The notes below the pieces were generated by a model that saw nothing but the letters and a program-made list of their open reading frames with translations, was not told the DNA's origin and ran no database searches. Shown one piece after another: positions 53,396 through 63,538 of a stretch of 64,000 nt of DNA. Position 1 is the first letter of the stretch. Every line of letters begins with the position of its first letter. The DNA is from an uncultured Pseudomonadota bacterium (lineage in GTDB: Bacteria > Pseudomonadota > Alphaproteobacteria > Acetobacterales > Acetobacteraceae), in assembly GCA_963838805.1 (NCBI GenBank), contig CAWISK010000010.1:291335-355334 (forward strand), given 5' to 3'. The position numbers and the translations under genes are program-made.

Positions 53396-53622
53396 TCCAG
53401 CTCCGCATGAGCTAAGTCCTTAGCAGCCTCGATCAGCTTCAGGAGTGCGTCGTTATTATTCACAGTTACCTTGAGGTACTTCGTAATTTGATTCTGAAGC
53501 TTTTGCGCGACTGTCTTATCAGAAACCTCTCGCGTGATCTCAACGAGTTGGAGCGTGGTTTCGATCAGCTCGCCGTTTCCTGCGGCAAGTCGTGTGGGCG
53601 TGTCATATGTGTGCTGTAGCAT
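53392..53622 (-). CDS. hypothetical helical protein (76 aa), low-GC islet
   Basis: [76 protein letters not shown]. Local GC drops to about 42-55%. Confidence 0.5.
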   Translation of the reverse strand: MLQHTYDTPTRLAAGNGELIETTLQLVEITREVSDKTVAQKLQNQITKYLKVTVNNNDALLKLIEAAKDLAHAELD

Positions 53623-53649
53623 CTGGCCCCACGGGCTTGCTCATGCGGA

Positions 53650-56120
53650 TCACCGTAGGGTGCCGCCGGTAGCCTTGCCCACCGCCGCCACGACCTTCGC
53701 GCAGGCGGCCTCGATCTCCGCGTCGGTCAGCGTCCGCTCGCGCGGCTGGAACGTCACCTCGACACCGAGCGATTTCTGTCCCGCCGGCACCTTCTCGCCC
53801 TCATAGGCATCGAACAGCAGCACGCCGGCCACCAGCGCGCGGTCGGTACCGCGAGCGGCACGCAGCACCATCTCGGCCGGCACGTCGCGCGCCACCAGAA
53901 ACGCGAAATCGCGGCGCACCGGCTGGAACGCCGGCAGGTCCGGGGGTGCCCGGCGCCGGCGCTTCGGCTCGGCGATAGCGGCCAGGAAGACCTGCATCGC
54001 CACCACCGGCCCGGTCAGGTCGAGGGCGGCCAGCACGCGCGGATGCAGCTCGCCGAAAATTGCCAGCACCATCTTCGGTCCCTGGCGGATGACCCCCGAG
54101 CGGCCGGGATGGTAGTAAGCCGGGCGCGTCGGCCGTCGTGGACAGCGCCTCGCATCGGCACGCCGAGCGCCGCGAGCACCGAGCCAGCGCGTCGCCGCGT
54201 GCGTCCATCGCGTCGACCGCACGGGCAGGTGCGATCCAGCTGCGCGGCGTCTGCCCGGCACGCAGACTGGCCGCCACATGCGCCTGCCCCACCGCGTCCG
54301 TGCCGACAAAGGCCGGGCCGATTTCGAACAGGCCGATATCGGCGAAGCCGCGCGCGGCATTGCGCGCGGCGGCCAGCGCCAGGGTGGCGATCGGCGTCGG
54401 GCGCAACTGATCCAGATCGGCGGCGATCGGGTTCTCCAGGGTCAGCGCCGGATCGCCGCCGCCGAACAGCACCGCCTGCCCGCGCGCCATGAAGCTGAAG
54501 GTGACGCATTCGGCCAGACCCGCCGCCGCCAGCGTGCGCCGCGCCAGCGCCGCGCGACCCTGGCGCGGCACCAGGCTCGGCGCCGGCACTGGCGCCAGCA
54601 CGGGCATCGAGGCCGGCGGGATGCGGTCGAGGCCATGCAGGCGCAGCACCTCCTCGATCAGGTCCATCTCCGGCTCGGCCTCGAGACGTCCCTCCGCGGC
54701 AACGGCAGCCTGGCGCGGTTCCAGGGACGCCGCCGGGTCGAGATCGCTGATTCCGGCGACGTCGTTGCGCCAGGCCGGCACCTCGACCGTCACCGCCGCC
54801 GCGTCCCGCGCCACGACACCGAACCCCAGGCCCTCCAGCGAGGCCAAAGCCGCCTCGGGTGCGATCTCCACACCCCCCAGCCCGGCAAGCCGGGAGAAGC
54901 GCAGCGTCGCGCGCCGCTGCCAGGCGGGTTCGGCGCCGGCCGACACCAATTCGCTCGCCTCGCCGCCGCACAGATCCTGGATCATGCGCGTCGCCGCCTC
55001 GATCGCGTCCGGCAGGAACGACGGGTCGATGCCGCGCTCGTTGCGCTGGCGGGCATCCGAGGTGATCTGGTGCCGCCGCCCGGTCAGCGCCACCCGCACC
55101 GGGTCGAACAGGGCACATTCCACGAAGACGCTCGTGGTCGCCTCGGTGCAGCCGGTCGCCACCCCGCCGATCACCCCTGCCAGCGACTGCACGCCGGCGG
55201 CGTCGGCGATGACGCAATCCTCCGGCGAGACCGTGTACGACTTGCCGTTCAGTGCCGCGAGGCTCTCGCCCGCGCCCGGGCGCAATGTCAGCGCCCCGCC
55301 TGCGATGCGCGCCGCGTCGAACACATGCAGAGGACGGCACAAATCGATGGTGAAGAAGTTGGTCACATCGACCAGCGCGTTGATGGGCCGCAGGCCGATC
55401 GACAGCAGCCGGTCGGCCAGCCAGCGCGGGCTCGGCCCGTTGCGCAGGCCGCGAATGGTGCGGCCCAGAACCCATGTGCAGGCCTCCGGCATGTCGTTGA
55501 CCCAGCGCACCGGGCTGGCAAAGCGGCCCGGCACCGGATCGGCCCGCCACGGCTTCAGCCGGCCGATGCCGGCCGCTGCGAGGTCGCGCGCCACGCCACG
55601 CACGCCCAGCGCGTCGCCGCGATTGGGCGTCACCGCGATCTCGATCACCGGATCATCGAGACCGGCCCAGGCCGCGTAAGCCGCACCGACCGGCGCGTCG
55701 TTCGGGCAGTTCGACGATGCCGGTGTGGTCCTCGCCCAGCGCCATCTCGCGATAGCTGAGCAGCATTCCCGCACTCTGCACGCCGCGAATCTCGCCCACC
55801 TTCAGCGTGATCCCGGTGCCCGGGATGTACGCGCCGGGTGCCGCGAACACCGCCTTCATGCCGGTGCGCGCGTTGGGCGCGCCGCAGACCACCGAGACCA
55901 GCGTGCCGTCGCCCGCATCGACGCGGCAGGCGCGCAGCCGGTCGGCGTTCGGGTGCGGCACCGCCTCGACCACGCGGGCGATGCGGAACGGTGCGAGTGG
56001 GGCACCGCGATCCTCGACGCCCTCCACCTCCAGCCCGATGGCGCTCAGCGTGTCGGTGATGCCCGCCAGATCGGCGTCGGTATCGAGATGCGAGCGCAGC
56101 CAGGAGAGCGAGAACTTCAT
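53650..56120 (-). pseudogene. pheT: phenylalanine--tRNA ligase beta subunit (at least 4 indels near 55705, 54181, 54152 and 54120)
   Basis: The N-terminal tRNA-binding domain MKFSLSWLRSHLD... is in track ORF 55653..56120. The B3/4-B5 core is in ORF 53801..55774. VLAALGVPM is readable only in a third frame. The C-terminal AYYHPGRSGVIRQGPKMVLAIFGELHP...FDAYEGEKVPAGQKSL is in ORF 53650..54360. Confidence 0.92.
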
Positions 56121-56121
56121 C

Positions 56122-57190
56122 TCACAGCCCCTCGTGCAAGATCGCCGGCGCCAGCGGGCTCGATCCGTAATGGCGCAGCCAGCGTATGTCGCTCTCGTAG
56201 AACGGGCGCAGGTCGGGGATGCCGTGCTTCAGCATCGTCACCCGCTCGACACCCATGCCGAAGGCGAAGCCCTGCCACTCGCGCGGATCGATGCCGCAAT
56301 TGGCGAGCACTTTCGGATGCACCATGCCGCTGCCGAGAATCTCCAGCCAGTCACCGCCGCCCCCAAGTTCGCCGGTGCGTCGGTTCCAGCCGATATCCAC
56401 TTCCATCGACGGCTCGGTGAACGGGAAATAGGACGAGCGGAAGCGCACCGGCAGCGTGGCTGATGCCGAAGAAGGCGCGCAGGAAATCGATCAGGCAGCC
56501 TTTCAGGTGCGCCAGCGTGATGTTCCGGTCGATCGCGATGCCCTCGCATTGATGGAACATCGGGCTGTGCGTGGCGTCGTGGTCGGCGCGGTAGGTGCGG
56601 CCGGGTGCGATCACGCGCAGCGGCGGCGGGTTTTCCAGCATGGAGATGATCTGCACGTCCGAGGTCTGCGTCCGCAGCAGCAGCGGCCGGCCGTCGCGCG
56701 TGCCGGGCATGTAGAACGTGTCGTGATCGGCGCGCGCCGGGTGGTGTGCCGGGATGTTCAGCGCGGCGAAGTTGAACCAGTCGGTCTGCACGTCCAGGCC
56801 CTCGCCCACCGTGAAGCCCATCGCGCCGAAGATCGCCGCCATCTCCTCCATCGTGCGGCTGATCGGGTGGATCAGGCCGGCCGGCGCCGGGCGCGGCGGC
56901 AGGGTCATGTCCAGGCGCTCGGCGGCGAGCCGCGCCTCGAGCGCCGCCGCTTCCAGCGCCACACGGCGGGTTTCGATGGCCTGTTCCAGCTCGGCCTTGA
57001 GCCGGTTGAGCGCCGCACCCCGCTCGCGCCGCTCCTCGGGCGAGGCACGGCCGAGTTCCTTGAGCAGCGTGGTCAGGCGGCCCGACTTGCCCAGCACGGA
57101 GACGCGCACCGCGTCCCACGCGCGCAGATCGGCCGCACCCGCCAGGGCCGCGTCGGTGTCCGCCCGCAAGGCGGCGAGGTCGTCGGTCAT
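56122..57190 (-). pseudogene. pheS: phenylalanine--tRNA ligase alpha subunit (1-nt insertion near 56458)
   Basis: N-terminal and motif 1/2 region ...HPISRTMEEM...FRTQTS-like LLRTQTSDVQ...RADHDATHSPMFHQCEG is in track ORF 56351..57190. Motif 3 [17 protein letters not shown]...[11 protein letters not shown] is in ORF 56122..56448. Confidence 0.93.
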
Positions 57191-57223
57191 GGCTGCTCCG
57201 CAAGCCTCTCACGTTGCAGTACC

Positions 57224-57311
57224 GTCATGGCCGGGCTTGACCCGGCCATCCAGCGCCACACGCGAGATCGTCGTTGCGGGACCGGATGGCCGGGTCAAGC
57301 CCGGCCATGAC
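57224..57311. repeat. perfect 28-bp inverted repeat (32-nt spacer) with each arm itself palindromic; REP/MITE-like element
   Basis: Left arm gtcatggccgggcttgacccggccatcc (57224-57251) and right arm ggatggccgggtcaagcccggccatgac (57284-57311). Each arm has an inner palindrome atggccggg...cccggccat. Lies between the rplT stop and the pheS start. Confidence 0.85.
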
Positions 57312-57334
57312 GCTTGGGGTAGCCGGTCCCCCGC

Positions 57335-57710
57335 TCAGCCGGCCGCGGCCGGCTCCGGCGCTGCCGCCTGCACCTGCCTCACGATCGCGGCGAAGCTCGC
57401 CGGGTCGTCATAGGCGATGGCGGCCAAGCACCTTGCGATCCATCTCGATGCCGGCGCGCTTCAGCCCGTCGATGAAGCGGCTATAGGTCATGCCGTGCTC
57501 GCGGACGGCCGCGTTGATGCGCTGGATCCACAGGCCGCGGAACTCGCGCTTCTTCACCCGCCGGTCGCGATAGGCGTATTGCAGCGACTTCTCCAGCCGC
57601 TCCAGCGCGATCCGATAGTTGGTCGAGCTGCGGCCGACGAAGCCCTTGCTGGCGTCGAGGACCTTCTTGTGGCGGGCGTGGGTGGTCACACCCCGCTTGA
57701 CACGTGCCAT
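57335..57710 (-). pseudogene. rplT: 50S ribosomal protein L20 (1-nt insertion near 57424)
   Basis: [24 protein letters not shown]...IDRKVL is in track ORF 57408..57710. Removing one C/G from cttGGCCgcc restores [29 protein letters not shown], with a stop at 57335-57337. Confidence 0.93.
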
Positions 57711-57727
57711 CTGGTGCTACTCCCCGC

Positions 57728-57931
57728 TCAACCGAGACCGTACGGCGCCCATTGCTTGACGGTCAGCCCGTCCGCATGGGTCAGCACCTGGCTGCCGCGA
57801 TTCTGCCGCTTCATCTTCTGCGGCCGGTTGATCAGCCCGTGGCGCTTCATGCCTGGCCCGGCCAGCACCTTGCCGGTGGCGGTGATCTTGAAGCGCTTCT
57901 TGACCGATGACTTGGTCTTCAGCTTGGGCAT
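57728..57931 (-). CDS. rpmI: 50S ribosomal protein L35
   Basis: [46 protein letters not shown], 67 aa. Confidence 0.95.
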   Translation of the reverse strand: MPKLKTKSSVKKRFKITATGKVLAGPGMKRHGLINRPQKMKRQNRGSQVLTHADGLTVKQWAPYGLG

Positions 57932-58051
57932 TTTTGTCTCCTATAGGTCATGCGCCGCGGCCGGGCATGCCCATTCCAGGCCCGGCGCGCAGACGAAGCG
58001 CCGGGGTATAGGGGCAGCGCCATGGCGGCGCAAGCCGCCCGCTTCTCCCGC

Positions 58052-58531
58052 TCAGAGATCGACAGCGGCAGCGCGCTGCCGTCCTTCAACCGCTCCAGCC
58101 CCACCAGCGAGCGCACCTCGGCGACACTCGGATGCGGCAGCAGCACCTCGTTGACCAGCGCCGACAGGCCGTGCAGGTCCGCCACCACCACCTTCAGCAG
58201 GTAATCCGCACCGCCGGTCACGGCATAGGCGAGCTGGATCGCGGGATGCGCGCTCGACCAGGGCACGGAACTGCTTGGCATTGTCCGGTGAGTGCCGCGC
58301 CAGCCGCACCTCGATGAAGGCCGCGACCCCCAGACCCAGCCGCTCCGGGTCGAGCGCCGCGTGGTAGCCCGCGATCACGCCCTGCTCCTCCAGCCGCGCG
58401 CGGCGGCGCGAGCATTGCGAGGCCGATAGCCCGACCGCCTCCGCCAGCGCCAGCACCGATAGCCGCCCGTCCCGCTGCAAGGCGGCGAGCAGGCGCAGGT
58501 CGAACTGATCGAGCACGGCGGTTTCGTGCAT
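58052..58531 (-). pseudogene. Lrp/AsnC family transcriptional regulator (frame change near 58250-58256; 3' end uncertain)
   Basis: HTH LDQFDLRLLAALQRDGRLSVLALAEAVGLSASQCSRRRARLEEQGVI is in track ORF 58052..58651. The RAM domain HPAIQLAYAVTGGADYLLKVVVADLHGLSALV...ALPL is in ORF 57919..58281. Divergent from hppD. Confidence 0.82.
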
Positions 58532-58649
58532 CCGCCCTCCCCGACACGCACGGCCCATGCGCCGCGACCGGCGAAAGAGGCCGCGAATGCACGCATCTTG
58601 CGACGGATGCGTGCGACTCTCCAGGCATCCAGAAAGGGAGGATTGGATC

Positions 58650-59777
58650 ATGGGTCCCTATCCGCAGGACACCGCCCCGGCGGCGATCACCGAACAGAAC
58701 CCGATGGGCACCGATGGCTTCGCCTTCGTGGAGTTCGCCCATCCGGAGCCCCGCGCGCTGCATCGGCTGATGCGGCTGATGGGCTTCAGCCCGGTCGCCC
58801 GTCATCGCACGCGCAGGATCACCGTCTATCGCCAGGGCGACGTGACCTATCTGGTGAACGAGGACGAGGCGAGCCATGCCGGCCGTTTCGCGCAGGCGCA
58901 CGGGCCCTGCGCGCCCGCGATGGGCTTTCGCGTGGTTGACGCAGCCGCAGCCTATGCCCGCGCGCTCAGCCTGGGCGCGGAACCGGCTGATCCGGCCGCC
59001 GGCCAACTCACCCTGTCCGTCCCCACGCTCAAGGGCATCGGCGGCAGCCTGATCTATCTGGTGGACCGCTATGGCGCGAAGGGTTCGGTGTTCGACCAGG
59101 ATTTCGTCTGGCTGGGCGCCCCCGATCCCACGCCCGACGGGGTAGGTCTGCTGCATATCGATCACCTGACGCACAATGTCCGGCGCGGCCGGATGGCGGT
59201 CTGGGCCGGGTTCTACGAGCGCCTGTTCAATTTCCGCCAGATCCGCTTCTTCAACATCGAGGGCCACCAGACCGGCCTGATCAGCAAGGCGCTGACCAGC
59301 CCGTGCGGCAAGATCCGCATCCCGATCAACGAGAGCGCCGACGATCGCAGCCAGATCGAGGAATACCTGCACGCCTATCACGGCGAGGGCATCCAGCACA
59401 TCGCCTGCGGCTGCCGCGACATCTTCCAGACAATCGAGCACCTGCGCGCCGACGGGCTGCCCTTCATGCCCTCGCCGCCCGACACCTATTACGGGCGCGT
59501 GGATCAGCGCGTGCCGGGGCACGGCGAGGATCTGGCCCGGCTGCGTGCCTGTGGCATCCTGATCGACGGCGAGGGTCGCGTGCCGCACGCCGCCGACCCC
59601 GGTGGCATGACCAAGGTGCTGCTGCAAATCTTTTCGGCCAACGCCATCGGGCCGATCTTCTTCGAGTTCATCCAGCGCAAGGGCGACGAGGGATTCGGCG
59701 AAGGCAATTTCCGCGCACTGTTCCTCTCGATCGAGGAGGACCAGATCCGCCGCGGCGTCCTGGAACCGGCCCACTAG
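58650..59777 (+). CDS. hppD: 4-hydroxyphenylpyruvate dioxygenase
   Basis: AAGGGAGG before ATG 58650. GTDGFAFVEFA..., HIDHLTHNV, GIQHIA, FFEFIQRKGDEGFGEGNFRALF. Confidence 0.94.
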   Translation: MGPYPQDTAPAAITEQNPMGTDGFAFVEFAHPEPRALHRLMRLMGFSPVARHRTRRITVYRQGDVTYLVNEDEASHAGRFAQAHGPCAPAMGFRVVDAAAAYARALSLGAEPADPAAGQLTLSVPTLKGIGGSLIYLVDRYGAKGSVFDQDFVWLGAPDPTPDGVGLLHIDHLTHNVRRGRMAVWAGFYERLFNFRQIRFFNIEGHQTGLISKALTSPCGKIRIPINESADDRSQIEEYLHAYHGEGIQHIACGCRDIFQTIEHLRADGLPFMPSPPDTYYGRVDQRVPGHGEDLARLRACGILIDGEGRVPHAADPGGMTKVLLQIFSANAIGPIFFEFIQRKGDEGFGEGNFRALFLSIEEDQIRRGVLEPAH

Positions 59778-59796
59778 ACCCGGCGGGAACGGCCCG

Positions 59797-60429
59797 ATGC
59801 GCCTGCACGGCTATTTCCGCTCCTCGGCGGCGTGGCGGGTGCGCATCGCGCTCAACCTCAAGGGCCTGTCCGTGCAGCACGTGAGCCATCACCTGCGCCG
59901 CGGCGAGCAGCACGACGCGGACTACAAGCGGCTCAACCCGCAAGGGCTGGTGCCGGCGCTCGAGACCGATGACGGTGCCGTGCTCACGCAATCGCTGGCG
60001 ATCTGCGAGTGGCTGGACGAGACCTGGCCGCAACCGCGCCTGCTGCCGGGCGATGCGCTGCTGCGGGCGCGCATCCGCGCCTTCGCCGAGGTGATTGCCT
60101 GCGACATCCATCCGTTGCAGAACCTGAGAGTCCTGGACCGGCTGCGCGCGAGCCTTCCGTCGCCGGAGGTGAAGGCCTGGGCGCGCTGGATCATCGAGGA
60201 TGGTCTCGAAGCCTGCGAGGTGCTGGTGCAGGATCAAGGGCGGCCGTTCTGTTTCGGCGGCTCTCCCACCCTGGCTGACATTTGCCTCGTGCCCCAGCTT
60301 GCCAACGCGCGCCGCTTCGGCTGCGATCTGTCACCCTATCCGAGCCTGCTGGCCACCGAGGCCGCCTGCCAGACCGTGCCCGCCTTCATCGATGCCGCAC
60401 CCGAGCACCAGCCGGACCGCGAGCCCTGA
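59797..60429 (+). CDS. maiA: maleylacetoacetate isomerase (GST zeta class)
   Basis: [23 protein letters not shown]...NPQGLVPAL...[10 protein letters not shown], 210 aa. Confidence 0.92.
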   Translation: MRLHGYFRSSAAWRVRIALNLKGLSVQHVSHHLRRGEQHDADYKRLNPQGLVPALETDDGAVLTQSLAICEWLDETWPQPRLLPGDALLRARIRAFAEVIACDIHPLQNLRVLDRLRASLPSPEVKAWARWIIEDGLEACEVLVQDQGRPFCFGGSPTLADICLVPQLANARRFGCDLSPYPSLLATEAACQTVPAFIDAAPEHQPDREP

Positions 60430-60443
60430 GGAGGAGATCAGCG

Positions 60444-61799
60444 ATGGACGTGCCCTCGCCAACCGCAAGCCGGCAAGCCGCAAACCCGCCTGTCGTGCAG
60501 GAGCGGCGCTACATGTCGGGCTTCGGCAACGGCTTCGAGACCGAGGCGCTGCCGGGCGCCTTGCCGGTCGGCCGCAATTCGCCGCAGCGCTGCGCCTACG
60601 GCCTGTATGCCGAGCAGCTCAGCGGCTCGCCCTTCACGGCACCCCGCGCGAACAACACCCGCTCATGGCTGTACCGGATCCGTCCGACCGTAGCCCACTG
60701 GGGCGATTTCTCGCGGGTGGACAGCAGGCTTTGGCGCACCGCACCCACGCCCATGCCGGATGTGCCGTTGGCACCGCTGCGCTGGGATCCGATCGCCCTG
60801 CCGTCAGAGCTGTGCAGCTTCGTCGAGGGCGTGCGCACCATCACGACAGCGGGTGACGCCGGGACGCGGGCCGGCATGGCGGCGCATGTCTATCTCGCCA
60901 CCCGCTCCATGCAGCGCGAGTATTTCTACAACGCCGACGGCGAAATGCTGATCGTCCCGCAGCAGGGCGCGCTGCGGCTGTGGACCGAGTTCGGCATCAT
61001 CGACATCGGGCCGGCCGAGATCGCGGTGATCCCGCGCGGCGTGAAACTGCGCGTGGAGCTGACGCAAGGCCCCGCGCGCGGCTATCTCTGCGAGAATTAC
61101 GGCGCCGCCTTTACCCTGCCGGAACGTGGGCCGATCGGCGCCAATTGCCTGGCCAACCCGCGCGACTTCCAGACGCCCGTCGCCGCCTACGAGGATGCGG
61201 ACGAACCCGGCACGCTGTTCGTCAAATGGGGTGGCGCGCTGTGGGCGGCCGAGATCGCGCAATCGCCGCTCGACGTGGTCGCCTGGCACGGCAATTACGC
61301 ACCCTGCAAATACGATCTGCGCCGTTTCTCGCCGGTGGGGCCGATCCTGTTCGACCACGCCGATCCGTCGATCTATACGGTGCTGACGGCGCAATCGGAG
61401 ACGCACGGCACGGCGAACGTCGATTTCGTGCTGTTCTCGGATCGCTGGCTGGTGGCCGAGGACACGTTCCGCCCGCCCTGGTACCACATGAACGTGATGA
61501 GCGAGTTCATGGGTCTCATCCACGGCGTCTATGACGCAAAGCCCGGCGGCGGCTTCGTTCCGGGCGGCATGTCGCTGCACAACGCGATGCTGCCGCACGG
61601 TCCGGATGCCGAGGCGTTCGCGCGCGCCAGCAGTGCCGAACTCCAGCCGCAGAAGCTGGAAGGGACGATGGCCTTCATGTTCGAAACGCGCTTTCCGCAG
61701 CACGTGACCGAATACGCGGCCGAGGCGCCGGAGCGGCAGCGCGACTACGCCGCCTATGGGAGCCGGCTGCAAAAGCGCTTCGATCCGACGCGGCGGTGA
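60444..61799 (+). CDS. hmgA: homogentisate 1,2-dioxygenase
   Basis: GAGGAGGAG before ATG 60444. [26 protein letters not shown]..., [21 protein letters not shown]. Confidence 0.95.
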   Translation: MDVPSPTASRQAANPPVVQERRYMSGFGNGFETEALPGALPVGRNSPQRCAYGLYAEQLSGSPFTAPRANNTRSWLYRIRPTVAHWGDFSRVDSRLWRTAPTPMPDVPLAPLRWDPIALPSELCSFVEGVRTITTAGDAGTRAGMAAHVYLATRSMQREYFYNADGEMLIVPQQGALRLWTEFGIIDIGPAEIAVIPRGVKLRVELTQGPARGYLCENYGAAFTLPERGPIGANCLANPRDFQTPVAAYEDADEPGTLFVKWGGALWAAEIAQSPLDVVAWHGNYAPCKYDLRRFSPVGPILFDHADPSIYTVLTAQSETHGTANVDFVLFSDRWLVAEDTFRPPWYHMNVMSEFMGLIHGVYDAKPGGGFVPGGMSLHNAMLPHGPDAEAFARASSAELQPQKLEGTMAFMFETRFPQHVTEYAAEAPERQRDYAAYGSRLQKRFDPTRR

Positions 61800-63112
61800 C
61801 GGATCCGCTGCCTGCCATCGATGAGACGCACGATCCCGCACTGCGAAGCTGGGTGGCCTCGGCGAATGGCCATCCGGATTTCCCGGTGCAGAACCTGCCG
61901 CTGGGCGTCTTCGCGCCGCCCGGCGGAGGCGCGCCGCGCGGCGGTGTTGCCATCGGCGATCACATTCTCGACTTGGCCGCTGTGGCCGGAGCTGATGTCA
62001 GGCGAGCGCCGCGCGTGCGGCGCGGGCGGCAGCCGAACCGGCGCTGAACGCCCTGTTCGCGCTGGGCGCTCGGCCGCGCCAGGCTTTGCGCACGCGGCTG
62101 TCGGAGTTGCTGACCGATCCAGCGGCGCGCGAGCGAGTGGCCCCCGCTCTGCATCCGGCGGCGGATTGCGTGATGCATCTGCCTGCGCGCATCGGCGACT
62201 ACACGGATTTCTACGCGGGCATCCATCACGCCATCAATGTCGGCAAGCTGTTCCGTCCCGACACTCCGCTGCTGCCGAACTATAAATACGTCCCGATCGG
62301 CTATCACGGCCGGGCGGGTTCGGTCGTCGTCTCGGGGCGGGCGATCCGGCGGCCTCGCGGGCAGCGCAAATCCGCGGCCGAAACGGTGCCGCGCTTCGGC
62401 GCCTCCGACCGGCTCGACTACGAGCTGGAACTCGGTGTGTGGATCGGCCCCGGCAACGCGCTCGGCGAGCCGGTTCCCATCGCCGAGGCGTCCGCGCATG
62501 TGGCCGGGTTCTGCCTGCTGAACGACTGGTCGGCACGCGATATCCAGGCCTGGGAGTACCAGCCGCTCGGCCCGTTCCTGGCCAAGAACTTCGCGACCAC
62601 CGTCAGCCCCTGGGTCATCACCCCCGAGGCGCTGGCGCCGTTTCGCGCGGCCGGGTCGCCCAGGCCCGAGGGCGATCCGGAGCCTCTGCCTTATCTGTCG
62701 GACGAGGCCGACCGGCGATACGGCGGCCTCGCCCTCACGCTCGAGGTCCGGCTGCTGACCCGGATCATGCGCGAGCGCGGTCTGCCGCCGCACCTTCTGT
62801 CGGTAGAGCGACGCGCGGCACCTGTACTGGACGCCGGCGCAGCTCGTGGCGCATCACACCAGCAACGGCTGCAATCTGCGGCCGGGCGACCTGCTCGGCA
62901 CCGGCACCATCTCGGCACCCGGAGAGGGCGGCACGGGCAGCCTGCTGGAGGCGACGCAGGGCGGCAAGACGCCCATCATCCTGCCCTCCGGCGAGCAGCG
63001 CCGGTTTCTCGAAGACGGCGACGAGGTGATCCTGCACGCCCGCGCCTCGCGCGACGGGTGCGTGTCGATCGGTTTTGGCGAGTGCCGCGGCACGATCCTG
63101 CGCGCCCCTTGA
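61796..63112 (+). pseudogene. fahA: fumarylacetoacetase (two indels near 61997 and 62805)
   Basis: The GTG start overlaps the hmgA stop. SWVASANGHPDFPVQNLPLGVF is in track ORF 61796..62047. IGDYTDFYAGIHHA...YHGRA...LDYELELG...LLNDWSARDIQAWEYQPLGPF is in ORF 62086..63261. HLYWTPAQLVAHHTSNGCNLRPGDLLGTGTIS is in the frame of ORF 62846..63112. Confidence 0.9.
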
Positions 63113-63127
63113 GCGCAGCCGGAACGC

Positions 63128-63538
63128 TCAGCGCTGCCATCGGCGAGCCGCCATATCGTCGATCAGCGCCTGATCCGACCGCGCCGCATGCGCCCGCGCC
63201 GCGTCGGCGCGGCGCTCGATCAGCGTGTCGAGGGCCGCCTTCGCCACGTCGGCAGCCGTGAGGTCCGAGCGGGCCTGCCGCACTGCGTGCTCGGCATCGA
63301 CCCGCAGCGCCCGCACCCGTTCGACGTGCAGCCGTGCCGCCGCCAGCCACGCGGCGAAGGCGTCGGCGCCCGGTCCCGTACTCCCCGCGCGGATTTCGCG
63401 GGCGACCCCGTCCCGCGCCGCCGCCTCGGCCCGAACCGTCTCGTTCTCGGCGGCATGGCGCCGCGCCAGCTCCGCCTGCGCCCGCAACACGGCGAAGCGG
63501 CGCAGCTTCGCGACCGTCCGCAAGCCGTGCGGCGTCAC
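63128..63538 (-). CDS. fliJ: flagellar export chaperone FliJ
   Basis: 136-aa Arg/Ala-rich coiled-coil protein. Its ATG overlaps the fliI stop (ATGA-type), the canonical fliI-fliJ arrangement. Confidence 0.7.
   Translation of the reverse strand: MTPHGLRTVAKLRRFAVLRAQAELARRHAAENETVRAEAAARDGVAREIRAGSTGPGADAFAAWLAAARLHVERVRALRVDAEHAVRQARSDLTAADVAKAALDTLIERRADAARAHAARSDQALIDDMAARRWQR

Noticed and set aside
62846-63112. An independent 88-aa gene (MAHHTSNGCNLRPGDLL...).
   Set aside because: It is the C-terminal part of fumarylacetoacetase, read in the frame restored after the indel near 62805.
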